A stretch of DNA of 64,000 bases. Source: a virus. The notes beneath the pieces were generated by a model. It did not search any database. It was not told where the DNA came from and saw nothing but the letters and a program-made list of their open reading frames with translations. Below are positions 31,069 to 39,473 of the stretch, one piece after another. Where the stretch lies: positions 32,001 to 96,000 of the IMG/VR virus record IMGVR_UViG_3300030419_003589; one strand, written 5' to 3'. Both the position numbers and the translations under genes were made by a program. Positions within the stretch are counted from its first letter, which is position 1; every line of letters begins with the position of its first letter.

Positions 31069-31797
31069 TTAATCCTCCGTAATCCTGTTGGCTGGGAACC
31101 CAAGCTCTTTCCTCTTGTTGAACACAAGGTGGTCTCTTCCAGAATAGTGAAGGGTCTTCCTTGCGGCTAGATCAACTTCTCCTTCGTTCTGCGTCCCCTC
31201 TACACTGTAATGTTCGTGAGTTATAATAACCTTGTCTACATACTTCTCTTTACCCATTCTTTTTACTACTTGAGTGAACTCATCATCGCAGTACAGGCTT
31301 TTGTAGTCTGGGTGATAGATATAACCAAAGCGTTCGTAAAGCTTGCGGCCAAGTATTGAAAAGGTTATCAATTCACCATGAGTATTCCCATCGTCGAAAT
31401 GTACGCAACCATCTAGGTCTGGAAAATGCTCCTGCATAGCGTCGGATATTTCTCTATCCCAATTATAGACTTGAGGCACCATGTCATCTGACGCACAAAT
31501 AATAATGTCAAAATCCCTATCGTTTATATTGGCGTTTATAGCACTAATCTTATCCGTGCCGTAGTCATAGTTTATAGCCCCGTCAACATTCATATTAGGA
31601 AATCTTGGGCGATTTTTGTTTAGTATGTAATTAATTCTTTCCTGAACATAAGGATCAGTCATGGTTTCATCTTCTGCATCACAGTTTATGTTAAAGAAGA
31701 CATTATTCCAAACACTGCAAGTCTCGACGTACCTGTTGAGAACTTGAAGAAACTTCTCCGGCCTTGCGAGAGTAGGAAATTGTATTAATAGTTTCAT
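31069..31797 (-). CDS. Glycosyltransferase, GT2-like
   Basis: FPTLARPEKF, IIICASDDMVP, YHPDYKSLYCDDEFT. Confidence 0.78.
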   Translation of the reverse strand: MKLLIQFPTLARPEKFLQVLNRYVETCSVWNNVFFNINCDAEDETMTDPYVQERINYILNKNRPRFPNMNVDGAINYDYGTDKISAINANINDRDFDIIICASDDMVPQVYNWDREISDAMQEHFPDLDGCVHFDDGNTHGELITFSILGRKLYERFGYIYHPDYKSLYCDDEFTQVVKRMGKEKYVDKVIITHEHYSVEGTQNEGEVDLAARKTLHYSGRDHLVFNKRKELGFPANRITED

Positions 31798-32675
31798 AGC
31801 GTTCCTTTTAGTTTCTCCAGTTTTAGTTTGGTCTCTGAATCCTTCAGAAACTTACAAAGCCTAGCTGCCCTAGCAATGCAAGTATGTCTTGACTTTATTT
31901 GTGCTTTTAGAGCTGCTGATAAGTCGTCGGTTTCCTCTTCCATGAATGTGGTAGCTAGAAATTGATCCAGCAGGGGTTGCTCTTCTTCATGTATTTTAAA
32001 TGTTACCTTGTTTGCGTGGGCCACAGCGTCATAGAACAATTGACTAAGAACTATATTCATATCAGTTGCAAACATGATTTCATTATACTTTGAGTACAAA
32101 CTCCTCATGCTTATGACATTCACGGGGAAATCAAAATTCTTGTCTCTTTCTGGGGCGCTTGTTAATTTCAATAGGTGGTATGTATCTCTATCGGACACGT
32201 AGTCTTCTATCTCCTTATTAATTTCTAGCCCTATCACGCCCAGATCCAACCCATAATCTGGATATGGTTCTCCCGGAAGAAATATATCTAAACCCGGAAG
32301 TATTGATTCTACTTTTAGATGATCTGATTTTGGCTTTGGTAGCACATCATGGGCATTAGTAAAAACAAACGGGCAGTCGATGTTATTCTCTTTGAATACG
32401 CTGCCGACTTTGTCTAGGTCGGTATCGTTAATCCCCGATATATTTAGTACGCACTGGATGTTTTTGTTTTGCGATAAATATTTGAGGGTGTCGTTGTTTA
32501 GGAAGCGGTAGTGTGTAATGAAGGTGTCTGGAGCGAAGGAGTCGAAAACATCAAACGTGGACAGGTTCGGATCTTGCCACAAAAATACATCCTGCCCGAC
32601 AAGCTCTAAAGACTTGGCTAGGTACATTGGCTCTGTAGACAGCAGCGAGGTGTAATTCTGTATCAATAGTCTCAT
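31794..32675 (-). CDS. Hypothetical protein, degenerate CgeB-like GT-B fold
   Basis: Coupled ORF in the island. C-terminal KSRHTCIARA resembles the HTYxxR helix of CgeB-like glycosyltransferases. Confidence 0.45.
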   Translation of the reverse strand: MRLLIQNYTSLLSTEPMYLAKSLELVGQDVFLWQDPNLSTFDVFDSFAPDTFITHYRFLNNDTLKYLSQNKNIQCVLNISGINDTDLDKVGSVFKENNIDCPFVFTNAHDVLPKPKSDHLKVESILPGLDIFLPGEPYPDYGLDLGVIGLEINKEIEDYVSDRDTYHLLKLTSAPERDKNFDFPVNVISMRSLYSKYNEIMFATDMNIVLSQLFYDAVAHANKVTFKIHEEEQPLLDQFLATTFMEEETDDLSAALKAQIKSRHTCIARAARLCKFLKDSETKLKLEKLKGTL

Positions 32676-33421
32676 TTGTTTTGTATCCTCTTAAATATTT
32701 TTATGTTATTTACTTTTCTTATTGGAGATTCTAACTCCACGATTTTTAACGGATGTCTGGGGGCTATCTCGTTCAAGGCCTCAAAGATGAACTTATTTTT
32801 ATACTCTGGGTTTGATATTGTGCTATATAAAGCCTTTATAATCTTGTGTCCCGAGAGGAAGAGCATCTCTGTCCAGAAGCACTTTTTTAGACCCATCGAA
32901 AACTGCTCTAGCGTTCCTTGTGGTGATATTGCGTTTATTTCAAATCCGCAGTCGTCATTCCTGTCTTGCGTAAGGACAGACGAGCACGTTAGGTCTAGAT
33001 CTTTTAGGTGGTGCGCTTCTAATAGGTTCGACCCACTACACAACAGCACCTTGTTATTTGACGTATTGTTCAGGCATAGCCTTGCACTTTCACAGCAATT
33101 TGAGTTAAAATGTACTTGATTCTCCACCACCCTAATGTTTATATCGCTGAATTTCTCTTTTATATAGTTTACAGTTTTTTGTGTCTCAAAGCCAGAGCAA
33201 ACAATTATCTCAAAGTTTACAAAACACGCTTTGATTGACTCTATCTGCTTTTCTAGTATAGTCTTATTGCCTATCCTTATCATGCTCACGGGTCCATAGG
33301 ACTTCATCCTATAGCCATGATTTTCACTAAAGAAAATAATCGTGACAAAATCACGCGTTTTACCTCCATCAATAATCCCTTCGGATGTTGGAGTTGTAAT
33401 ATATCTATTATTTTTTCTCAT
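32672..33421 (-). CDS. Sugar-phosphate nucleotidyltransferase-like protein (degenerate motifs)
   Basis: GYRMKSYGPVSMIRIGNKTILEKQIESI, IIVCSGF, VVENQ. Lacks the canonical LAAG, PK and GD motifs. Confidence 0.65.
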   Translation of the reverse strand: MRKNNRYITTPTSEGIIDGGKTRDFVTIIFFSENHGYRMKSYGPVSMIRIGNKTILEKQIESIKACFVNFEIIVCSGFETQKTVNYIKEKFSDINIRVVENQVHFNSNCCESARLCLNNTSNNKVLLCSGSNLLEAHHLKDLDLTCSSVLTQDRNDDCGFEINAISPQGTLEQFSMGLKKCFWTEMLFLSGHKIIKALYSTISNPEYKNKFIFEALNEIAPRHPLKIVELESPIRKVNNIKIFKRIQNK

Positions 33422-34187
33422 ATTTTAGATATGTATTCGTCTCCATAGATTCCTTGATGAGGGCTTTTAACATTTTCCTGTAGTCTAAGTAGTTAAGATA
33501 AAACGTCGAGGCTACGCTTTTTGGTATGCAAGTTACATTGTTGTCTGTATCTTCAACGTAGATAACCTTTTCCATATCCAAAACCTTATCGTTTATGTAG
33601 TCTAGGAAGTCTGGATCTATTGTCGATCCAGCATCAATGTTCACAAACCTGCCTGTATATTTTATTTTTCTGAATACCTCTGTCTCTCTGAGGTCTGTGG
33701 GACTTTCTGGGCTGTGGAAGGTCACTCTAGTTTTCACACCGTTAGAGTGTAGCTTGTTATAGTCGTTCACATAGTCTAGTACAGAGCTACCCCTGTTTAT
33801 CAGGGTGGACTCATACACAGATAAAACCACAAGGAATCTTTCTTTGGGATAATTTATCTCATTGATAGACTCTATCGTTTTCTTTATGTCTTGTTCGTCT
33901 TCAGAGTCGTCGTAAACTATTATTCCGAAAGTCTGACCGCTTTGTTCAATACAGGCTTGTGCAAAGTCCTCTAAAGTTTTATACCCCTGCTTATCCATCG
34001 CTCTGAAGGTCTCAGATTCCTTTGGTCGATGAGCCAAGCAGAAATTTACTGGGTTATCCGCTTCGTACATCTTTTTAAGAAGACCTCCTACACAAGCGTC
34101 CTCCAAGGCCTTAGAGCCTTCATTGAAGAAAGCGCATGAACTGCAAAGAGATCCACATACTTTATTTATGTGTTCTTTGTTTCCCAT
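33408..34187 (-). CDS. Hypothetical protein (Cys-rich N-terminus, GT2-like remnant)
   Basis: CxxxCxxC N-terminus; IKKTIESINEINYPKERFLVVL resembles the GT2 N-terminal alpha/beta unit. Confidence 0.5.
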   Translation of the reverse strand: MGNKEHINKVCGSLCSSCAFFNEGSKALEDACVGGLLKKMYEADNPVNFCLAHRPKESETFRAMDKQGYKTLEDFAQACIEQSGQTFGIIVYDDSEDEQDIKKTIESINEINYPKERFLVVLSVYESTLINRGSSVLDYVNDYNKLHSNGVKTRVTFHSPESPTDLRETEVFRKIKYTGRFVNIDAGSTIDPDFLDYINDKVLDMEKVIYVEDTDNNVTCIPKSVASTFYLNYLDYRKMLKALIKESMETNTYLKYEKK

Positions 34188-34604
34188 TTAGTTTCTCTTT
34201 ATAGTGAGTTCGTAATGTGTTCCGGAGAGTTGCGTAGAGACTACATTGAGTCCCATCTCTTGAGCGAGGCCTCTCAGTACTTGTAAGCTGGTGGCGGACT
34301 GTAACTGTGAGATGATCTGAGACGCTGTTGTTTCGTCAATTTGGTCATTAATGACGTTCTTACAAAGTATCCTAATGTCGGTACCTCCGATAATTAATTC
34401 ACCATTAAGTCTTAACTTACTGGCTAGCAAGCCCAATAGCTCTTGTAGCTTATCAATGCTAAACGTATCAACCGCATCGTTTGCCATTATTACATCACAC
34501 TCATTGTCCGCTATTTCAGACAGGTCAATAGAGCTATTAAAGCATATCACCTTTTTAAAGTTCTCTATTGATTCTTGTTGTGGCCTGACTACATGTAATT
34601 TCAT
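34188..34604 (-). CDS. Hypothetical protein, truncated methyltransferase-like fold
   Basis: DNECDVIMANDAVD...LASKLRLNGELIIGGTD matches the MTase C-terminal half; no GxGxG. Confidence 0.55.
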   Translation of the reverse strand: MKLHVVRPQQESIENFKKVICFNSSIDLSEIADNECDVIMANDAVDTFSIDKLQELLGLLASKLRLNGELIIGGTDIRILCKNVINDQIDETTASQIISQLQSATSLQVLRGLAQEMGLNVVSTQLSGTHYELTIKRN

Positions 34605-35617
34605 TTTTGCGCTCCGTAAAAGTCGTCAAATATTCTGTTCCAATTGTTTATAAATTTCTCTTCTGAGAAGTCCTTAAGCACGGTTTCCCTAGCTGCGTTT
34701 CCTAATCGTTCTCTAAGCTCTTGGTCATTAAGTAGCTTTTCAATATATGACTCAAGTTCTTCTTCATCGTTCGATAGGAAACCGTTTACTCCGTTCTCTA
34801 TAATCTCTGGTATCATGCATGTGGCCGTCGAGACAACAGCGCATCCGCAAGACATCGCTTCCAACAGAGATGTGGGTACGGGGCTGATTGTGGACGTATT
34901 TAAGAATACCTTACATCCATTGTATCTAGACACCAAGTCTTTCATGCCGTTTGCAACACCGCCTTTAATGTTTGGGATTGCTTCATTTCCGTTTCCGATG
35001 ACATCAATAATCTTTGATTCTGCTTGGAACTTTGAAACGACTCGTCGCCAGCCCTCATAGTTACAGCAATAATCTCTCTGTGGGAACTCGTTAACTACGC
35101 TAAGTACGTCAACCGATTGCTCAATATCGGCAGGTTTAAATGTGGAGCTGTCCACAGAATGATGCACTACACTAGCTGGGCATTTCATATCCCATTTTTT
35201 GACGGAGTATTCTGAAATAAACACATTGGAGCTTCCTATCATGCTCCTGAGCGCGGCTAGCTGCTCTTGTGGCCAACTGGGAATTGGCAATGTGTGCTCT
35301 AGCGATAGAATCGGTACACCTAGAACTTGCTGGATTTGTGTTGCGGCCTGAAATTGCCCAAATTTACTTTGGCTTAATATTATATCAATATCTAACCCAC
35401 TTAAAATAGCATTCTTGGGTAGGATATAGTAGTTCTCAGGGAGTTTTGCATACGACTCGTCCCACTCTTTACACCCATTATATCTAAAAGAATAGAAATT
35501 GTGTCCAGTTTTAGCCAATTGGCTTTGGTATCTTTCGTGAGTATCAAAGGTAAGGATGTTATACTTGTCCTTATTCCTGTTTACCTTATTTAATATTCTT
35601 ATTGTTTGATTAGTCAT
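34601..35617 (-). CDS. GT-B glycosyltransferase (GT4-like)
   Basis: VFLNTSTISPVPTSLLEAMSCGCAVVST, EIIENGVNGFL, RERLGNAARE. Confidence 0.9.
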   Translation of the reverse strand: MTNQTIRILNKVNRNKDKYNILTFDTHERYQSQLAKTGHNFYSFRYNGCKEWDESYAKLPENYYILPKNAILSGLDIDIILSQSKFGQFQAATQIQQVLGVPILSLEHTLPIPSWPQEQLAALRSMIGSSNVFISEYSVKKWDMKCPASVVHHSVDSSTFKPADIEQSVDVLSVVNEFPQRDYCCNYEGWRRVVSKFQAESKIIDVIGNGNEAIPNIKGGVANGMKDLVSRYNGCKVFLNTSTISPVPTSLLEAMSCGCAVVSTATCMIPEIIENGVNGFLSNDEEELESYIEKLLNDQELRERLGNAARETVLKDFSEEKFINNWNRIFDDFYGAQK

Positions 35618-36743
35618 TGAGAATGTCCTCCATGAGTTTACCTACAACTTCATATGAGAATTTCTCTGCCTGACTTAGCCCAGCAGTTTTGTTCTCTACT
35701 GTATTCTTAATAGGATTTTCTAAGTATCTTTCGTAATACTCCCTCATCTTCTGCCTTATTTGTCTTTCGCACGGTGTGAACCAATATTCTCTACCCGTAA
35801 ATAAATCAGGGAATGCAGAGTCACTACACTTGCAAGACGAGAATACACCGTCTACACAATATCCGGTTCTGTCATCATCCGATATAAACTCAGGTGGGCC
35901 GCCGAAGTTTCCGCATATCGGGGTACTGCCAAATGCCATAGCCTCAAATGATGGAATAGACCAAGCCTCCCCATGAGAGGGACAGAGAAAACAGTCGAAT
36001 TGGTTATGGAGGGCGTATAACGCCTCTTGATCAACCTTGTTTGGTATGATTATATCTTTTTTGTATTTTCTTAGATCACCATATATTCTTAGTTTTTGTT
36101 TTATTTCCGATGTCTTCTGATCTACCAGCGCGTGAACCTGTTCGGGTGAGTGTCCAAACTTGTTTACCTTGATTACGAGCGCCACTTCCTCGGAACGATC
36201 AAACTCGCTGTGAAAACAGGTGATGACAGCCTCTAGATTTTTTCTGTCATTAATGTCCCCTATATAATAAAAGGTAAACTTCCCTTCTGCTTCTGGGATG
36301 TCCAGCGTTCTGTACTGCTTCTTGTAGTTAGATAGATCGAAGGTGTGAGGTACAACTGAAATGGGCACTCCGATATTGTCTTCTTCTAGAAGTTTTTTAG
36401 AGCATGTGTTTGGAACCCATATAGAATCCATCTGTTGAAGGTAGTCGAACCAAGGTAAGTGTTTGATGCTAACTGATTCAGACGCTAAAAAAGCTATGTT
36501 CTTTTTGAACTTGCTGCTTCCGCATAGATGGTGAGGAAGAACGTGTTGTATACAGATATCGCACCCATCCGTACTCTTATCCTCTAATTCCTTTAGTCTG
36601 CCAGATATTTCTGAGTCTTGTGTTAGCGTAACATTTCTACAAACGACATCCACCCCTATGGAGTCTAACGCTAATATGTAATTCTTAGCTGCTTCAGCCC
36701 ATCCACCAAATTCTTTATAGTGGCCTATATAGAGTACCTTCAT
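35610..36743 (-). CDS. GT-B glycosyltransferase (GT4-like)
   Basis: FYYIGDINDRKN, DCFLCPSHGEAWSIPSFEAMAFG. Start moved to MKVLYIG (TAATG overlap). Confidence 0.9.
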   Translation of the reverse strand: MKVLYIGHYKEFGGWAEAAKNYILALDSIGVDVVCRNVTLTQDSEISGRLKELEDKSTDGCDICIQHVLPHHLCGSSKFKKNIAFLASESVSIKHLPWFDYLQQMDSIWVPNTCSKKLLEEDNIGVPISVVPHTFDLSNYKKQYRTLDIPEAEGKFTFYYIGDINDRKNLEAVITCFHSEFDRSEEVALVIKVNKFGHSPEQVHALVDQKTSEIKQKLRIYGDLRKYKKDIIIPNKVDQEALYALHNQFDCFLCPSHGEAWSIPSFEAMAFGSTPICGNFGGPPEFISDDDRTGYCVDGVFSSCKCSDSAFPDLFTGREYWFTPCERQIRQKMREYYERYLENPIKNTVENKTAGLSQAEKFSYEVVGKLMEDILND

Positions 36744-37423
36744 TATTCTCCTGTCCTTAAAAATAGTGAGTCGCCCGATATACCTTTTAGTTGCCAAACT
36801 CTGGCGGCTTCAAAAAATCCCTGCTGTTCTAAAACATGCTTAATGATCATAAAATCTGTCTCCCCTTCATACATAAGGTGTTTGTGAGACCACTCTAACG
36901 CAATAGCTTTGACGGTTCCTATCATCTCTTGACACCCCTGTAAAACCTTCGCTTCTGCTCCTTGAACATCCATAAAAAGGGCGTCTATCTCGTCAATTTT
37001 TCGATCTTTACAAAAATCTAGTAGTGAGGTTCCATAAACCTCCATCTTCTCGGTTACATCTTTGACCCCAAAGATCTCCTTCATCCCGTTTCCCAGAGGA
37101 AGTATAGACCCCTGTCCCGTATTTTGCATTGCATCCCCCACGAACGTTTGGTCGTCGGGTATGGTTTCTAGGTCATAAAACCTGTTAAAGACAACGGGGC
37201 CGGTGACATCTGTTACAGCCATATGTAAGGTATGGATATTTGGATTATCCTCAAACTTATTTTTACATATTTCATAATTAAAAGGATCTGCTTCAAAAGC
37301 GTATATATTAGCTTCGGGCCAATGTTCTTCAAGTTCTAGTACATCATAACCTCTGTGAGCACCTACCTCAAATATATTTTTTATATCTGGAAGTACCATC
37401 TTGATTTGTTTCAAGAACAACAT
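36743..37423 (-). CDS. FkbM-family methyltransferase
   Basis: IFEVGAHRG, IYAFEADP, ALFMDVQGAEAKVLQG. Start moved to MLFLKQ (TAATG overlap). Confidence 0.88.
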   Translation of the reverse strand: MLFLKQIKMVLPDIKNIFEVGAHRGYDVLELEEHWPEANIYAFEADPFNYEICKNKFEDNPNIHTLHMAVTDVTGPVVFNRFYDLETIPDDQTFVGDAMQNTGQGSILPLGNGMKEIFGVKDVTEKMEVYGTSLLDFCKDRKIDEIDALFMDVQGAEAKVLQGCQEMIGTVKAIALEWSHKHLMYEGETDFMIIKHVLEQQGFFEAARVWQLKGISGDSLFLRTGE

Positions 37424-39108
37424 TATTTCATCAACTCCCTTTGCTGCATTGTTTCTATCCTTTTTTGCTCCCACTGGTTTATTCTGTTTCTTTGTATGGA
37501 TAGATTTTCATAGGCATTGTTAAAATCAAAGGGCTGTCTTGTGTTTAAGCCGTCAAATGCGGCGGATGACTCATTAAAATACATTCCTCCAGTGGATGAT
37601 GTAGCGCTTCTATAGGTTAAGTCTCTTGTAAGCCTAGCTTCAAAGAATGTATTAAGCTTTGAGTGATCCTTTAGTACGTTTGTTATCAACCATCTGGCTA
37701 GATCTTTATGATTCACGTTTGGTGGAATATCTTCGGGTTTGGGGTCGGGATGCTGTATGTCTGGCTGCGAGCACCAAGTTTGCTCTACAGGTCTTATCTC
37801 TACGCTATCAAAGTAGTCTTCCCATTTTTTACCGCTCATATGCCACTGGAAGTTTTGAGTGAATAGCTCTCTAGTTCTTTTACCAAGCTCTTCTCTCTTT
37901 TCATCTGTATACTCATTGAAAAATTTATCAAAGTACTCTGCGGCGACATTGTTATCTGGAACTGCTCTCAAGCATCCAGTTTCCAGCTCTTTGTATAGGG
38001 CAGCTGGTTTTATGGGGTATCCTTCGAGTTTTCTGATTTCGCTTTCCATAGCAGAATAATCTGTGCCGCAAACAGGAACACCACACGCAGCCGCTTCTAC
38101 ATAGGGCAATCCGAAGCCTTCGCAGTTTGCATATTGAGTGTAGAGATCGAATAGGTTCATAATAGAGGATAGATCTTCATACGAAACCCCGTTCTTCACG
38201 TTGGAGAGTGTGGAACCCCATTTTCCCGTAAACGGAGATTGTGCTACAGCCCCTTTAAATACAGATGGGAAAGGACGCTTTGTTTCTGGACAAATGTACG
38301 TGAAGAGAACGTGAGAGGACAGATTGTGCTGTTGAAGCAGTTCCGGTATATCCCACCCTAAGTCTGGATATGATGTGTGACAATAGAGCATCACATTTTT
38401 GTTTTCTGATTTGTCTAAAAACGCTCTAAACGCCTCAAATAGATCTGGGTATAGCTTACGCCTCTGGTTACGCATAACCGTGCCCAAAATCTTGCAGTCT
38501 GGGTCTAGTCCAAACTGCTTTTTGTGCATTTTTTTGTCCTCTACCGGATTATAAGCTGGATGCGCCGAAGGAGGAGCACTACCTAAATAGTTTATTTTAC
38601 CTCCCGATTGGTCCTCCAGAACGGTTCCTGCCCAGTCGGAGTAGGTAAGGCAGGCATCTGCACTATTATACGAAGCTACCCACTGACGTGCTTGCGGTCT
38701 TGCATCAACGGTAGGCATGATGCACCACTTAAAGTATTTCCTAAATGGAGACCGTTCTGCAAATTCTAGCATCCAAAAGTCCCTAATGTCACAAACAATG
38801 TCTGGCATGAAATCGAGACATACGTGCTCAAATATCCACTCTCCAAACTGATTAGCGCCAGAAGAGTTGTATGCGTTGATTTCTTCTTCTGAGGCTTTAG
38901 GCTCACAGTCGGTATTTGGAGCCACGCCGTAATAGTGCCAAGGGATACCTTCGGCTCGTGGGTCATTTCTCTGCCCGTAAGATGACATCTCAGCAATTTC
39001 ATACTTGCCGGTGCCATGAAGATAGTTTAAGATTTCGCGTGTATAGGTCGCATAGCCTGTGTTTAAGAACGTAGCTTCGCTACAGAATAGAATTCTTTTC
39101 TTTCTCAT
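37423..39108 (-). CDS. Large GT-B glycosyltransferase (GT4-like)
   Basis: TGYATYTRE, GTVMRNQRRK, EGFGLPYVEAAACGVP. Start moved to MRKKRIL, directly after the ssb stop. Confidence 0.88.
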   Translation of the reverse strand: MRKKRILFCSEATFLNTGYATYTREILNYLHGTGKYEIAEMSSYGQRNDPRAEGIPWHYYGVAPNTDCEPKASEEEINAYNSSGANQFGEWIFEHVCLDFMPDIVCDIRDFWMLEFAERSPFRKYFKWCIMPTVDARPQARQWVASYNSADACLTYSDWAGTVLEDQSGGKINYLGSAPPSAHPAYNPVEDKKMHKKQFGLDPDCKILGTVMRNQRRKLYPDLFEAFRAFLDKSENKNVMLYCHTSYPDLGWDIPELLQQHNLSSHVLFTYICPETKRPFPSVFKGAVAQSPFTGKWGSTLSNVKNGVSYEDLSSIMNLFDLYTQYANCEGFGLPYVEAAACGVPVCGTDYSAMESEIRKLEGYPIKPAALYKELETGCLRAVPDNNVAAEYFDKFFNEYTDEKREELGKRTRELFTQNFQWHMSGKKWEDYFDSVEIRPVEQTWCSQPDIQHPDPKPEDIPPNVNHKDLARWLITNVLKDHSKLNTFFEARLTRDLTYRSATSSTGGMYFNESSAAFDGLNTRQPFDFNNAYENLSIQRNRINQWEQKRIETMQQRELMK

Positions 39109-39109
39109 T

Positions 39110-39424
39110 TTAGTCCTTGTCCAAACATCCGAAGTCGAATTGATTAACTCTGAAAATAATGTCTCCATTTTCATCTGCGTTCTTCGCAGAGGCTTGGACT
39201 GTCATTTTCATTCCTTTTTTACCCAATTTAGAGATAGCATCAGCCCCGCTATCCCAAGCTTGAAATTTTAAAGTTGTTGGGTATCTCTTTTTTTCTCCGT
39301 TTTTATTTCTTACATATTCATATGTAATCAAGTCAAACTTACAGAACCTTGCATTGTAGCCCCCGCTTGTCGGGATAACTACCGGCGTTTCCAAGAGATA
39401 TCCTGTAAATGTGCATATATTCAT
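39110..39424 (-). CDS. ssb: Single-stranded DNA-binding protein (OB fold, no acidic tail)
   Basis: MNICTFTGYL, TLKFQAWDSGADAISK..KKGMKMTVQA align with the SSB OB fold; only 104 aa. Confidence 0.7.
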   Translation of the reverse strand: MNICTFTGYLLETPVVIPTSGGYNARFCKFDLITYEYVRNKNGEKKRYPTTLKFQAWDSGADAISKLGKKGMKMTVQASAKNADENGDIIFRVNQFDFGCLDKD

Positions 39425-39444
39425 TTGTATTCCTTAGATACTAC

Positions 39445-39473
39445 ATTATAGTAGTATGGTATAATTATTCCAA
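39445..39473 (-). promoter_or_regulatory. Putative sigma70-like promoter for ssb and the glycosylation island
   Basis: On the - strand TTGGAA, 17-nt spacer, TATAAT, then an AAGGA RBS before the ssb ATG. Confidence 0.6.

Noticed and set aside
21590-39108. O-antigen/serotype-conversion cassette
   Set aside because: No GtrA/GtrB, Wzx, Wzy or other multi-TM proteins, and the context is lytic-type replication genes.
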